From Chrysochromulina tobinii (taxonomy: Eukaryota), in NCBI GenBank assembly GCA_001275005.1, contig JWZX01003412.1, positions 1 through 64,000 on the forward strand: 64,000 nt of DNA, read 5' to 3'. Both the position numbers and the translations under genes were made by a program. Below the pieces are notes generated by a model. That model saw only the letters and a list, made by a program, of their open reading frames with translations. It had not been told where the DNA came from and made no database searches. The first letter of the stretch is position 1; every line of letters starts with the position of its first letter. Positions 23,949 through 36,981 of this stretch are shown here, in pieces.

Positions 23949-26900
23949 ATGCGTGAACTTCATGGATTCATGGAGAGTGGCTACAGCATATCGGAATATG
24001 AAACTATCCCAGTCCCGGGACATTGCACCGTGAGCGGCATGTTCGGCGATCAATCCAAGCCGACGATCCACCAGCGGTCTACTTTCACTATCACGGCCAA
24101 GGATGCGAACGACACGCAACTTGAGGGAGGCGGCGATGCATTCTTCGTCCACATTCGCGGCGCAGACCGTGCACGTGCGCGAGTGGCGGACAATCACGAC
24201 GGCACGTACACCGTGGCGTGGAAGCCAACTATCAGTGGCAAATACAAGATCTGCGTCTCTCTCTTTGGTGAGGCGCTGAAGGGCAGTCCGTTCGAGGTGA
24301 CTGTTGATGGGCCGGTGCCGCACCCGTCGCGATGTGAGGTACGCGGTGAGGCGCTTTTTCGCACCACCGCCCGCGTGCCCTCGACATTCGAGATCAGCTT
24401 TCGGGACCGTGCTGGCAACACTGCGCACGCCGTTGAGCTCGACGTGTACGTCACGCCCGTGCCTGACGGCCTGTCGAGTCCTGTCCAGCATTCGGCGTGG
24501 GACGTGGCGACACAAGCCAGCGACATGCGTTTCCTCTCCAAGAACAAAGCTAATCGTGAAGACAGTGGCGACGGCAAAGGTGGCAGCGGTGGCACGGCGG
24601 CGATCAAGGGCGGCAAAGTGACGAAGGGCGCAGGCTCGCCAAAAGGTGGATCGTCGAGTGGATCGAGGCCTGGATCGCCAACGGGAGAGGACGCGCAGGC
24701 GGCGGCGGCGCCCAAGACGACGGCCAAGGGGGCCGTCAAGGATGCAGCAGCATCGACTCGAAAGCAGATAGCCAAGGGTAGCCCGCGCAGTCCGATGGAG
24801 GAGACGGAGGAGGAGGCGGAGGAGGCGGCGGAGGAGCTGATCTCGCTCAAAGACGGTGTGTCCCGGCGGCGACGCGCGTTTCCGATTCAAGTCGGCCGAC
24901 ACCCCCTGCACGCGCGCCGCCAGCCCGAGCCGGGCAGCGACCCGCTGGGCGTGCAGCTCGAGCCGGAGCAGCTGGCGACCGTGCTCGAGGAGCATATCTC
25001 AAGCGACGGTCTCACAGTGTACGCCTGCGTCATGTTCGAGGAGGTCAACCTCGCATCGCCCGATTCGCCCCGCAGCAGCGCCACGGCCGTCATGCAGATG
25101 TTGCCCGACAACAAACGCACCACTGAGCCGCCGCGGGACGATTCGCCGTTCGTCCAGCCGGAGAGGCCGCACTCGCCGTTACGGCACCCGAGTTCGATCT
25201 TCAGACTCGACCTGAGCGGCTCTCTCAACTTGCTCACCTCGAGACCAGCCTCGCCTGCACTAGGCTCGAGGCGACACTCGGGTCGACTGGGCTCGCCCGG
25301 CCGTTCGAAGCCACCGACGGTGCACGTCGGCTGGATCACGATCAAAGCCCAAGGCAAGAAGCTGGTGAGTTTCCGACCCTCGCTGCCACGCTCTTGGCCG
25401 GCTCCTTCCTGCTGCGTGGCTGCATCTCTACCCACTTACTACCCACTCCATTCTGCAGCCCCCCCGCGTCTGTGACTGCCTCGCGCGCCTGTGTGTGTGT
25501 GTGCCGCGTGTTGTAGGTGAGCAGCCGCGTGCGATTGGAGCCATGGGTACGTCAGCAGGCGAACCTGTTGTGGAAGATGCAGCAGCTCAATGACCGTCTG
25601 CAGCGACAGAGCGGCGGCGGCGAGGCGGCACTCGACCCGACCGGCGTCGGCTTCGCGTACGGCTCGGTCTTCCCCGGCGTCCTACATGGCAAGGGACTGC
25701 TGCACGAGACACACAAGGTGAACTACTCCATCAACAGCGTGGGCCGCTACCTGCTGCACGTGCGCGTGCGTGACCAGTCTCGGCCGATCGCCGGCTCGCC
25801 CTTTGCGCTCGTCGTCGAGCCAGGCGTCGCGAGCCCGCACAAGACGTGGCTGCAGCCCGAGCATGGCCAGATGCGCGGGGAGGTGGGCCTGAGCGCCGGG
25901 GATGGCTGCCAGCTCGTGGTCCGAACGTACGATCGCACGGGGAACATGTGCAGGGCGGGTGGCGCCAAGGTCACAACAGGGAAGATGATGAGTAGGAAGC
26001 TCCAGCTGCAGGGCCAAGGCGTCGAAGGCGGTATCATCGGCGACCTCCGGTCTACGTGCATCGACAACGCGGACGGCACGTACAGGCTCACGTGGAAGAG
26101 CAAGAAGCGAGGCCCAGTGGACGTCGAGGTACTCATCAATGGGCAGCCTGTACGCGGCTCGCCCACCCGGCTCGACTTCGTGTCGACCAAGCCCTTGCTG
26201 CACAAGACGGTCCTGAGCGGCGAAGGGCTCAAGATGGCAGTTGCAGGCCGGCCAGCGCCGATCAAGCTGGCTCTCTCAGACGAGTACAACAACGCGTCCT
26301 CGCCGGAGGCGGGCTGGCGCGTCGTTCTCGCGATCACTAACAGCAAGAAGAAACTGAACGACATCGAGGACGGCAAGACTGACTACAAAGGCGAGTGGTC
26401 GCTGACGGTGCCGGGTGAGTACAATGTCTCGTACATAGCCACACAGGCAGGGTCCACCGATCTACACGTTTGGCGTGAGATGGAGGGCGCGGCGCGCGAG
26501 GCCTTTCCCGATTCGCCCTTTTCGGTGCATGTCACCTCGGGCGAGGCCGACGCGAGCAATTCGAAACTAGACCAGTGGTCGGTCGCCGCCGTCGCGTCCT
26601 CCAAGTCGAAAGGTAGCCCCAACTCGAAGAGCACCAAGGAGCAAGCGGCCGAATCGGCTGCCATGGTCAAGTCCAGGGTAGCCACCGCGGGCGACACGGT
26701 GAGCGTGCGCGCCTCGGGCATCGACCAGTACGGCAATGTGGCGCACATGATGCCTGAGATGCTCCGGGCGATCGTCGTCAAGCCGGATAAGACATCCTTC
26801 CAGCAGCCGATGTCGGACGTAACCAAGGCCATCAAGGGGGGCAAAGATGTCCAGGCCAAAGGCAGCACGTCGACGATGTACGAGGTGCGTCTTGAGGCGA

Positions 26901-27412
26901 TCACGAGCGGTACATATGAACTCGCCGTCGAGCTCGGGGGCGTGCCCATTGTCAACTCGCCGATTAAATTCGACGTCGAGCCGTCAGCACCAGTGCCACA
27001 GCACTCGAAGCTCGTGCTACCAGAGAATGCGGAGGCGCTCCGTGCCGATCTTGAGGCCCCTTCGACCGTGACGCTGCACACGTATGATCGCTATGGCAAC
27101 CGGTGCATCGTCGGAGGGTTGCGCGTCGCGGGCCGCCTGGCGATCGTCAAGCAGAGCCAGTCGGATAACACGGTCCTCCAGCCGAATAACAACTCGCTCA
27201 ACGTTGTAGACAATGGTGATGGCACCTACTCGATCCTCGTTGCCGTGATGATGACCAGCACCGTGAAGCTGATCATCAACATGGACAAGGACATGCCGGG
27301 TACTACTGGTGAGATGCCACCCGTCCAGCTCAGCTTCGTCAAGGCCGACGCTCCCAAGGACGACGCTGAGACTCACTCAGTCCTGGGCTCAGCCAGGATT
27401 GAGCCTGGCTGA
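23949..27412 (+). CDS. Filamin/ABP280 Ig-repeat protein, 2 exons
   Basis: Repeated DNHDGTYTV...GKYKICV...KGSPF-type motifs. A phase-0 intron at 25365-25516 (GTGAGT...TAG) joins ORFs 23877-25475 and 25517-27412. Start (23949 or 23970) uncertain. Confidence 0.85.
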
Positions 27413-28236
27413 CAACTAGCCGCAACGCCATCGCTCAAGCTCCGCGGAGGATCTGAAGACAAGAAAGCATCGAGGGTGAGCGACGAGGACAGTGGCGACG
27501 ATGAAGTTGTGGGGCGATAGGAACCAGAGGGAAGTACTGTACACTCAGAGCGAGGCAGTCTTTGACGCGAACAATCGACGTACGTGACAATTTGTGTGCA
27601 GACGACGCGTGACCTCGAGCGCGTCGCGAGTCCTGCCTCTTGACTGACTGTGTGTGGTGAAATGCCATCCTGGAGTGTATGAGTATAGTGAGCTGTGTGC
27701 ATGGCATTTAGCGAAAAACTTGAACTGAGTTCGCAACTCGGAGTTGGCGTGGCAACGTGAGACGTCACTCGTCACTACGTCAGACGACGATTGTGAATGG
27801 AGGTATCACGTCAGGTAACTGCGTATTCGCTCCCAGCGCTCAGCATAAACGCGCCCACCTGCGTATACACACCTGGGAGCGTGTACATGTACGTTGAATC
27901 GTTGTACCACGACATGCATGATTCTGCAACCGCCCGCAAGAACCGCGAGAACCCGGGTGGCGCCGCCGCCCGCTCTCGCCCGCCGCGCTCTGGCTCTGCC
28001 GGTGGGTTGGCTCTCTCTGTGTCTGGTGGTCGTCTGGGCCCTCTAGGCTCGTGGCTGTGCAACCTCGACGCTAACATGAAATAGCTATCAGAAGATACTT
28101 CGTGGACCGGGAGGATATCCGACAACTTATCCGCGCAGTCAGGTATGAACCTGTCACAGGTCCTCGACCCTGGGCCGGCGGCGTGCGACCAGGTCTTTCT
28201 GTTTGCACGCAAACTTGACTGCGGTCGACAGAAGAA

Positions 28237-28671
28237 TCAAAGGATTCGATTGTAAAATTGAACCTGCGGAGCCTCCTTGAAGGGATCTGTCTCGCAGAAC
28301 TTTTTCCACGGCGCAAAGTGTGGCGCAATCAAGTGCGCATCAAAGCCTGCTTTGCCAATGTACTCTTCGTGGAGGTAGAATACGTTCTCCGTGGTCGTAT
28401 CCTCGCCCACGAGGAATGCAAGAGCGCCTGCCTCGTCGCGATTGGTGCCATCCCGATCGGCCAGGATGATTTCGAGGAACTCTGCACGTCGCTCAGGCTT
28501 CAGTACAATTTTGACATTGAGGCAGAAGACCTGCGTGCCAGCCTCGACGGCCCGCTTGCCTATAATGGCTTGCACGCTCTCCGCGGTCCACTTGCGCGTA
28601 TGCCAATAGTGCACACCGATTGCCGCCACGACCGCAGCAGCGCCCGCTGCGACCAACACGTTTGTAGACAT
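28237..28671 (-). CDS. Antibiotic-biosynthesis-monooxygenase (ABM/LsrG-like) protein with N-terminal membrane anchor
   Basis: EAGALAF...NVFYLHEEY...FDAHLIAPHFAPW pattern and a hydrophobic N-terminus. Confidence 0.8.
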   Translation of the reverse strand: MSTNVLVAAGAAAVVAAIGVHYWHTRKWTAESVQAIIGKRAVEAGTQVFCLNVKIVLKPERRAEFLEIILADRDGTNRDEAGALAFLVGEDTTTENVFYLHEEYIGKAGFDAHLIAPHFAPWKKFCETDPFKEAPQVQFYNRIL

Positions 28672-28949
28672 AGCCGGTACAGTGTACAGTATCCCTACTT
28701 GTACTGTAGCACGAGAATGCTGTGAAGCGACTGTGTGAAGGTCCCATAACTTCAGTCGTCACTGCTCATCGCCGGGTTGTGGGATCGTCTTTGTTTCCGT
28801 GGGTGTGTTTTTTCCCCGTCTCACGTTTGCGGAGCATCGATCTCCGCGGGAGGTCCGACGCCCCTCGTGGTGGAATTGGACTGAAGATGCACTTCGGAAG
28901 AATGTCGCACACACTCTGCACCCCCTTTGGGCGTCCAGCGCGCGGCCCG

Positions 28950-31900
28950 ATGCTGCTCTTCCTGATGCTCAGCCTCGCGCAAGCTGCCTCACCGCCGCCG
29001 CCGCCGCCGTGCAGCCAAGGCTGCAGGCCAGCCTCGGCAGCAGTCTTAGCGTTGTGCCCAACTCTCACTCAAGTCTCCACGCAAATATCCCCAGCCGATG
29101 AGCCACAGCAGCTCGTGGCCGTGGCTGCGGCGATTGGTGCCTTGCCATCGGGTACCATAAGTTCTAATTGCAGACGCTCCATCGCTGAGTTCATCTGCAT
29201 GCGTTCCAACATGACCTGTGCGACAACACAAAGGCCCTGCAGGAGCACATGCACAAGCGTCGAGACCGTGTGTGGAAGAATTGTCATGAACATTGGCGTG
29301 CGTCCAAACTCTCCACCTGGCATGTTTGATTGTCAGTCGTACCCGAACGACAACTGGCCCCTCTGTGCCTCCCCTAGCATGTCGACCTGCATCTTGCCAA
29401 CCGTGCCACCGCCGCCACCACCAGCACCACCCCCGCCGTCGCCACCCCATTCGCCGGGGCCACGTAGCCCGCCGCCACTACCACCGCCCCCACCACTACA
29501 ACCGGGTCCATGTAGCCCGCCGCCACTGCCACCGCCCCCAGCCCCGCCATCCTCTCCGCCACCATCCGCTCCACCATCTGCTCCGCCATCCTCTCCGCCA
29601 CCATCTCCGCCACCATCCGCTCCGCCATTCTCTCCTCCCTCCCCGCCACCTTCGTGCACCAGTAGTGGCTGCAGATGCAACGTGAATGACGGTACCGGCA
29701 GCATCCAGCTATTTGATGCGTGCGGACAGTGCCGCTCAGCCGACGGCCCTTCCCTGGATGCATGCACGACTCTGATGCCGGACCCGCACATGCTCGCTCA
29801 CTTGGTGCTCTCCTCGATCATCGTCTCTGGCCTCCTTATGCTCTGCGGCATCGCCATCAATGCACTCGCCTCCCTATGGACCCGCCGCACTCGCATCAAG
29901 CCATGGAGCACGCCTGTGGTCAAGGTGCAGGGCGACCAACGGCTGGTCGTAGGTCCGCGGAGCGACTCGAGCGGCCTCAGCCCACAGCCCAAGCAAGGTT
30001 CGCGACTCGGGTGCTCTATCTTCATGCTCTCAGAGGCATGGGCTTCCCTGCAAGCGCGTGCCTTTGGCAGGCTGGGCTATCACGTCGCACGCCGCCCGTG
30101 GTGCACACTTGCGGCCATATTCATTTTCGCTTTGGGGATGGCCTTCGGCCTTTTTTCCATGAGGGTGCACAAGGACGCGTTGACGATGTGGCTGCCGTCA
30201 AACGCCGTAGCCACGCATCATGCCGCGGTCTACTCTGCACTGACTGGACGGCCGCGGCCGCGCTCCCTTCTGGTGCTCATTGAGAGCCATGCTGTCACAG
30301 CGTCCACGTCGTCATCCTCCACTTCCCCACTGAAGGCGCTTTTGCTCGAGGCGATGGAGATTCATTACCTCGTTACATCATCGGGTCTGTCCAACGTCTC
30401 TGCCGCCTCCGCCCTCTCTGAGAGCGGGTTCTTCAGCCCACTCATGCTGTGGGGCTACAGTGCTGCCACCCTCGAGGCTGACTCGGATCCTGCTGCCACG
30501 CTTCGTGCTAGCTTGGACAGTATAGGTATCGACGGAGGAGTGAGTGCCGGCTCGTTGAGATCGATGGTGCGGTTCTCTTCCAACCCAGACAACAATGCGG
30601 AGCCGGCCGTCATCGAAGCGCTGCTCCTCGCTTACACGATTGACGGCGAGCTGGAGGACCGTGCCATATATCGTGCCATAGACTTTGGGCCTCTTTGGGC
30701 CTCTTTTGGGGCCTTTTTTGGCTGGAGGACCAAAGCACTGGATGCCCCCCAAAGCACTGTGGACCGTGCCATAGCCTTCGAAAAGCTCGTGGGCACGAAC
30801 TTATCTGCGAGTATGGCAGCATCCGCCTGGGAGCACGTGGCGCGAGTGCATGTCTTCTCCGCATCGGCCCTGTCGGATGACTTGTATGCCGCAGTAGGGA
30901 AAGATTCACTCATGATTGGCGCATCCATTGCGATGATGTGCGTGTACGTCGGCTTCTTCATCCGCCGCAGCGACGGCGGCAAGCTACGCTACTCGCCAGC
31001 CCTCGCGGGCTCCGCTGTCTTCTCTGTTCTACTCGCGACGCTGGCCGCGTTTGGTGCGGGCGCGGCTCTCGGGGTGGTATACAATGATAACTGCAACATG
31101 GCCATCTTTATCATTCTGGGTGTCGGAGTCGACGACGCTTTCGTCATCGTTGGTGCACTCGACGACATCCCAGCAGCAGAAGCAGCACCAGACGCGGCAG
31201 CAGCAGAGGGCAAGGGTAACAGCAGAAGCAGCAACACCACCACCACCAGCCACGCACAGCCGCCTACCGCGGAGCAGACTGCTGATCGCATCGGGAAGGC
31301 ACTTGCCAACTGCGGTTCTGCCATCCTCCTCTCCTCAACCACGAATGCGATCTCGTTTGCATTAGGTGCGAACTCACCGCTCCCCGCGCTCCAGGGCTTC
31401 TGCACCTACGCGGCGCTGGGGATGGTCTTCGATCTCCTCTTCCAACTCACCTTTTTCGTCGCCGCCGTCGCCCTCAACGAGCGCTATCAGGGCTCTCGAC
31501 TCAGAATCCCCTGCCCCCTTGTCTCTCGCATCAGCTTTGGCTCCTCAGGCGCTTCAGACGGCGCAATCCTACAATTCCAAACGCTCACGCTTCCGATTCC
31601 GTGCTATCGCTGCATGCATCCTGTGCACCTATGCCACGACGCTTGGCCTCTCTCTCAACGCGTCATGGTACCTGGGCGTGGGATTCCGTCCCCAAGAACT
31701 CGTGGCCAGCTCCTCCTCCATCGCCGGCTTCTTTGAAGCACAAGAGCGCCTCTTCCCGCGCTCACCCACGCGTGTCGAGCTGGTCGTGGTGCACGCGCGG
31801 CGCGACTCCTCGCCGGATCTGGACGACTGGGTTCCGATGCCGATCTTGGAGGGGGGGACGTATGCCACGCTCGACCGTTTGCACGGAGCCCTACACGCGA

Positions 31901-32898
31901 TGCGAGGTGTGCCGCGGGTTGCCGGTCAACAGGCCATCTCCCCGCTGTGGACGTCTACGTTTGCCCAGAGGCTACGGCAGGGCTCATTACCTTCGCCTGC
32001 TCAGCTTGGGAGTCAGCAACTGCAGTCGGAGTTGGCCACGTTCCTCGCGACGACCGACGCGAGGACCCTGGAAGGGGTGGGTATCCTGGTAGCTGATAAG
32101 ACTGTTGTCTTTGGCACCATTTGGCAAGTGCTCATCGACGATTATAGTGCGGAGCAGATGGTACAACTGCGCTCCATGCTACACGAGACTGGGGTGGAAC
32201 GCTCGGCGTTCGCCTTCTCGGCCCTAGACATCTACTGTGAGCAGGACGCAGGCCTCCTCGTCTTCGCACGTGATAACCTACTGCAGGTAATCGGCGCAGT
32301 GCTTGGTACGGCACTACTGCTCACCCTCAGTCCTGGGTTTGTGTGCTTGATGGCCGCGTGCACACTCTCGTGCGTCGCGCACATGATTGGGTGGATGCTG
32401 CTCACGCGGATACGGCTCAGCTCAATCTCCCTCGTGCCCCTACTCATCTCTGTGGGGCTGTGCATCGATTACATGACGCACATCGCGCATGCATTCCTCG
32501 AGGCACGAGGCACACCAGAGGAGCGCACACGCGCCGCCTTGGGCTCGAGAGGCTTCGCTGTGCTGAATTCGGGTGTGTCTACCGGTCTCTCGGTGGTACT
32601 CCTCGCCCTGGGAAAGTCGGCGATCTTCACCACCTTCTTCTGGATGCTTCTCGGTGTCGTCGTGATCGGCCTCTTCCACGCCTTGCTCGTGCTGCCCTTA
32701 TGCCTGTGCCTACTGCCCGCATGGGATCAGGATCAGCATGGGGAGTGCAAGGCCACGAGCATAGCGTCGGTGGTCGATGGGAATCTTGTCGTCGAGACTC
32801 CTACTTTCAACCGTGCATGTGGATCCGATGTCGAGATGAGTGCCATGCACAATTATGAGACCTCGGGCACCGTCTTCTCATCTTCCTCATCCATCTGA
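28950..32898 (+). CDS. NPC1/Patched-family sterol-sensing RND protein with N-terminal Frizzled-like CRD (1-nt frameshift at about 31500-31570)
   Basis: Signal peptide MLLFLMLSLAQA; CRD-like EFIC...PCRSTCTSVETVC...FDCQSYP; Pro stalk; SSD motifs ILGVGVDDAFVI, GSAILLSSTTN and PALQGFC. The second half, in ORF 31366-32898, has SVGLCIDYMTHIAHAF and GLFHALLVLP. Confidence 0.85.
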
Positions 32899-33423
32899 TA
32901 AGTGTGGCTTGGCATTTACCCATGCCATTGAACACCTCCACCGGTGACCGGACCGTCGGGGATGCGGGATGGCGGGGGGGGGGGGGGGGATTTTACACTC
33001 CAGGCGTCGAGTCTGTTGTGAGTGTCGTGCAGGTCGTCTGCGACGTCACTGAGTGTCCGGTCGTCGTCGCACGTCGGCAGTTGGCACACAAGCATAATTT
33101 GTCCCGGACTAATGTAAAGAAACTCAGTTCGCGAAAGAATTTCTGTAAGAATTTCTGTTTGTAAATCGCGTCGGAATGAGCGTCATGATGGCGTCGGGCC
33201 ACTTCTGCTGCTTACAGGGGGCGGCCAGATAGCAGATTGGTTGTCAGCTTGTACTCGCGGTTTCTGAGGACAAGGCCGCTCCACCTCCCCCTACCTTCCG
33301 CCGATTCAACGGCCTTTGTACAGCAGGCTGTGTCGGCCACGCCTCCGTCCATGCGATAGCGGCTCCCGTGCTTGGGGACTGCGCGTCGCGTTGAAAAACA
33401 GCGTCGTGTCGAGCATTGTGTGT

Positions 33424-33978
33424 GTGAGTCAGCATAAGGCTGCTCCTGCAGCGGCCTCCGCCACGAACGCCATTGAGCGGCTGCGCGAATCTTCGAAGAT
33501 CGAGCGACTGCGCTACCTCTGGTCGTCGGCCCAGCAGCACCCGGGGATACCCGACTTGCAGCGCATCCTGCTCCTCGGACTTGACCGACTGGCGGCGCAC
33601 GACGAAGCTCCCTTGCCGAACCGAGCGCGGCAGCGGTGCTGCGGCAAGTGCTTCGTGCCGCTCGTGCCTGGCTTCAATTCTCGTGTGACGCAAAGCAGAC
33701 ATCCACGCCGGCCGTCAGCTCGCCGATGCGTCTTTCGCGTGCATTGTGAGTCGTGCGGCCATGCAAATGCCTTCCCGAAGGTCGCACCGCCGAGCAGCCG
33801 CTCGAGCTCGAAGCCACCAGCGACTGCTCCATCGCCGAAATCTACCAAGAGTCGCAAGCCCGCAAGCCCGATTCTGCCGAGTAAGAAGCGGCGCGTTCAG
33901 CCCGCTCCCGCTCCTGCCCCCGCCCCTGCAGGTGATGGGTTCTTCGGATTCGATTTTGTTCCGTTGTTGGGATCGTGA
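33424..33978 (+). CDS. RPP21: RNase P/MRP subunit Rpp21/Rpr2-family protein
   Basis: RLRYLW, then RCCGKCFVPLVPG.NSRV and HCESCG zinc-ribbon motifs. No in-frame ATG, so the start is uncertain. Confidence 0.7.
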   Translation: MSQHKAAPAAASATNAIERLRESSKIERLRYLWSSAQQHPGIPDLQRILLLGLDRLAAHDEAPLPNRARQRCCGKCFVPLVPGFNSRVTQSRHPRRPSARRCVFRVHCESCGHANAFPKVAPPSSRSSSKPPATAPSPKSTKSRKPASPILPSKKRRVQPAPAPAPAPAGDGFFGFDFVPLLGS

Positions 33979-34115
33979 GTATACACCTTGAGTATTAGCG
34001 CGACACTCACGACTCCACAAGTAATCATGTTGTACACACCTTCAACTGACAATCATCATTCCTACCTCTTGCACCCAACATTTACATTAAAAAACTCATG
34101 CCGCACTAGCGGGCG

Positions 34116-36981
34116 CTAACGTAAACGTAAAATCGAAAAACGGCAAAACGAAAAGCAGGCGCCGCGGTCCGGAGCCCACGCCGCGCGCGCAGCGCAGGAC
34201 CAGCGATCCGATCGTGCACGCCCCTTGCCGCGCGTGGAGAGCCATTCTGATCTCTGGGGGGACAACATATTTTCTATTAATGAGGGTGTATTTGCGCCTT
34301 CTCCCAAGACCCAAGCAGCATGGTCCGCGTCATTCCACGTCGGCGTCGCCGTGTGCCCGTACGGCACGATACCAAAGAGTTCGGCCTGGCGGGGCGTGAG
34401 TCGCGGCGGCTTGCCGTCGACGTACCACGGCCGGCGCGTGCTCTCAGTGGCCTCGTCGAGCTTGCTTGTGTGCCAATACTCGCGCGAGGGTGCGTGATCG
34501 CCTGTATGGCCATGCCGGTAGGCCTCCACCTTCTTGGCGAGCACATGCGCCGGCGTGAGCGCCGCTGGCAGCATGCAAGTGTAACTCACGGCGCGGAAAT
34601 TTGGGCGGGGGCCGAGCGGCGGCGCGGCCGAGTGCGCCAGGTCCGAGCGCCACAGGATCACGTCGCCTGCCTTGACTGGTACGCGACGCGGCTCGAGGCC
34701 GGCGGCACGCAGCTCGTCGAGCTCGGCGTCAGTCAGAGGCACCCAATGGGAGCGACCGCGGTGCGTGCTCTTGGTCAGCTGCTGGTGGCAACGGTGCGAG
34801 CCCGGCCAGCACAGGAAGCATGCGTCCTCGGACTGTTGATCCAGCAGGCTTGTCGAGCTCTGGATGTACTGCAGCCCGGACTCGCTGTGCCCCTGGTCAA
34901 AGTGCTCACCCGAGGTATGGCTCGGTTGGCCACACACGAAGGCCTGCTTGTCCACGCCAGGGTGGATACCGCGCCCCTCGCCCGTCGCAGTCGGCCTGTG
35001 GAAGGTGAAGCCCTCCTTACTTGCATGCAGCTCGCGTGTGCCGTAGAGCGGTTCGAAGACACGTGTAGCGAGCTTCTCACGAAGCTCTGTGAATACCCAA
35101 CCCGCCTGGTGCGTCTGCATCATGTCGCAAAAGGAGCGCCAGCCCGAATGCGGCCACGGGTCTGGAGCGGCAGCTTCCTCGCCAGCCTTGTGCCCACCCT
35201 TGGTGCCCGGGTACTTGTACCCGGCCGGGTACCATGAGGCGGGCTCGTCACGTAGAACGCCCGGTGAGACCCGCTCGACATATTCCCACATCCGACTGAG
35301 CTCTTCAGCACACTCTGACGTGCTGAGCACGCCCGGAAGCACGATGTAACCGTCCTTAGCCAGCGCCTCCGCTACGTGCCGCCCGAAGACCTTGTGGCCG
35401 TTGACGGTTGCGCACGCCAGCGCCTTGGCCGTAGATAGGTGCGCAAACAGGGCATCGTGAGGGCGCGCCGGCTCGGCCCCGTCAGAGCCGTTGGAGGCTG
35501 CAGCCGCGACGGAGACATGGCCATCGGTCGTACCGGCTTTGTGCACGGCGCCACCGGTCATGGAGGCCATGGGCGTCGTAATGGGCGTGGGCTCAAGAAC
35601 GTGCCCGTGCTCGTCGACAATCTCGGTGATTTTGCCGTCGGGGGTCTCGGGGTTGATCTTGAGGATGTGCTTGTGTCTCATGGGAATGCAGTACATTGCG
35701 CCGTCGTGGGCCAGCACACCGCCCTCCCACTTATTGGCGCCGGTGAAGCCCGAGCCAACGGTATAGACAGTCTGCGTCGCCACGTCGATGCACAAGACGC
35801 TCGCGGACTTCAGAGGGATGCCGTAAATCCGCCCATCGGCCGCAAGAAAGCCGTTCTGCCACTTGTTGCAGTTGAGGCGGCCAGTGCGACCCTCAAGAGA
35901 TTCGCCGACCTCGTACGCCGTCTGCGTAGCCGGGTCGACCTTGAGCACAAAGTCGGCGTCGGACGGGATGCAGTAGATGCAATCGTCCGGCCCGAGCACG
36001 CCGCCAAGGTACTTGTACTTGCGGTCGTTCCGATGGTGGCAATGGTACGTGAAAGGGATGACAGTAACCTCCTGCTTCATCGGATCAATCCTGAGCACGC
36101 CATCCGCGTTCGCAGGGATCCTGCGACCAGGGGGGTTGGACAGCGTAACTCCGGTTGGCTGAAGGAATAGGGGCAAACAAGCGCAGCCAGGGAAGAGAAG
36201 GGAGTGTGGGGAGCCCCTGGCCAGTCAAAGCTTAGGCGTACCCGTAGATGCACCCATCACGCCCCGTCACACCACCGTGCCACTTCCAGCCACCGCCGTC
36301 GAGCTCTCCAAGCATCGTCACCTCCTGCGTCATCGGGTTGATCTTGAGGACCGCGTTGGCACACTGAGGGATCCCATAGATACACCCGTCTCCACCCAGC
36401 AGCCCACCGTACCACTTGTGCTTGCCCGTAGGGGACGCTCCAGGCCACGGACCGCCGAATTCTGTCACTTTTTGGGTCGCCACGTCGATCTTCAGGATGG
36501 TCTCCGCAAACTGTGGGATGCCGTAGATGCACCCATCGTGCGGGCTGAGCACTGCGCCATGCCACTTCCACAGGCCCGGGATCGGCCCGCCGATGTGGCT
36601 GCACTGGTCCTCGGAGCGCGTGCAGTCGATCTTGAGCACAGTCTCAGCATGGCTCGGAATGCAGTAGATGGCGCCGTCAGGCGCCGCCACGCCACGCAGC
36701 CACTTGTACTGACCAGGATACGGCCCACCGATCAACGACACCTTGCCGGTCTGCACATTCAGCTTCATGACGCGCTGTGCATGGCCAGGGACGCCGTAGA
36801 CATTGCCATCCGCGCCCAACACGCCGCCGAGCCACTTCTCCTGGCCCATGAGGGGCTCGTGGTTCATGAGGGCAGCAACCGCCTTCGGCTCCTTGGCACG
36901 GCGGCGATGACGACGATAAAGGAGCACGACAACTGCTGTTGCGACAGCCGTCATAGCGACCATCCGGCTTATTAATTGCAT
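34116..36981 (-). CDS. Membrane-anchored beta-propeller-like (KWxGGV repeats) fused to a PhyH-like Fe/2OG dioxygenase, 2 exons
   Basis: Repeats KWLGGVLGADGNVYGVP. An intron at 36241-36121 (121 nt, GTACGC...CAG) gives CIYG-IPANADG. The C-half has DGYIVLPGVL, HFDQ, WPGSH and AGDVILWRSDLAH. Confidence 0.8.
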
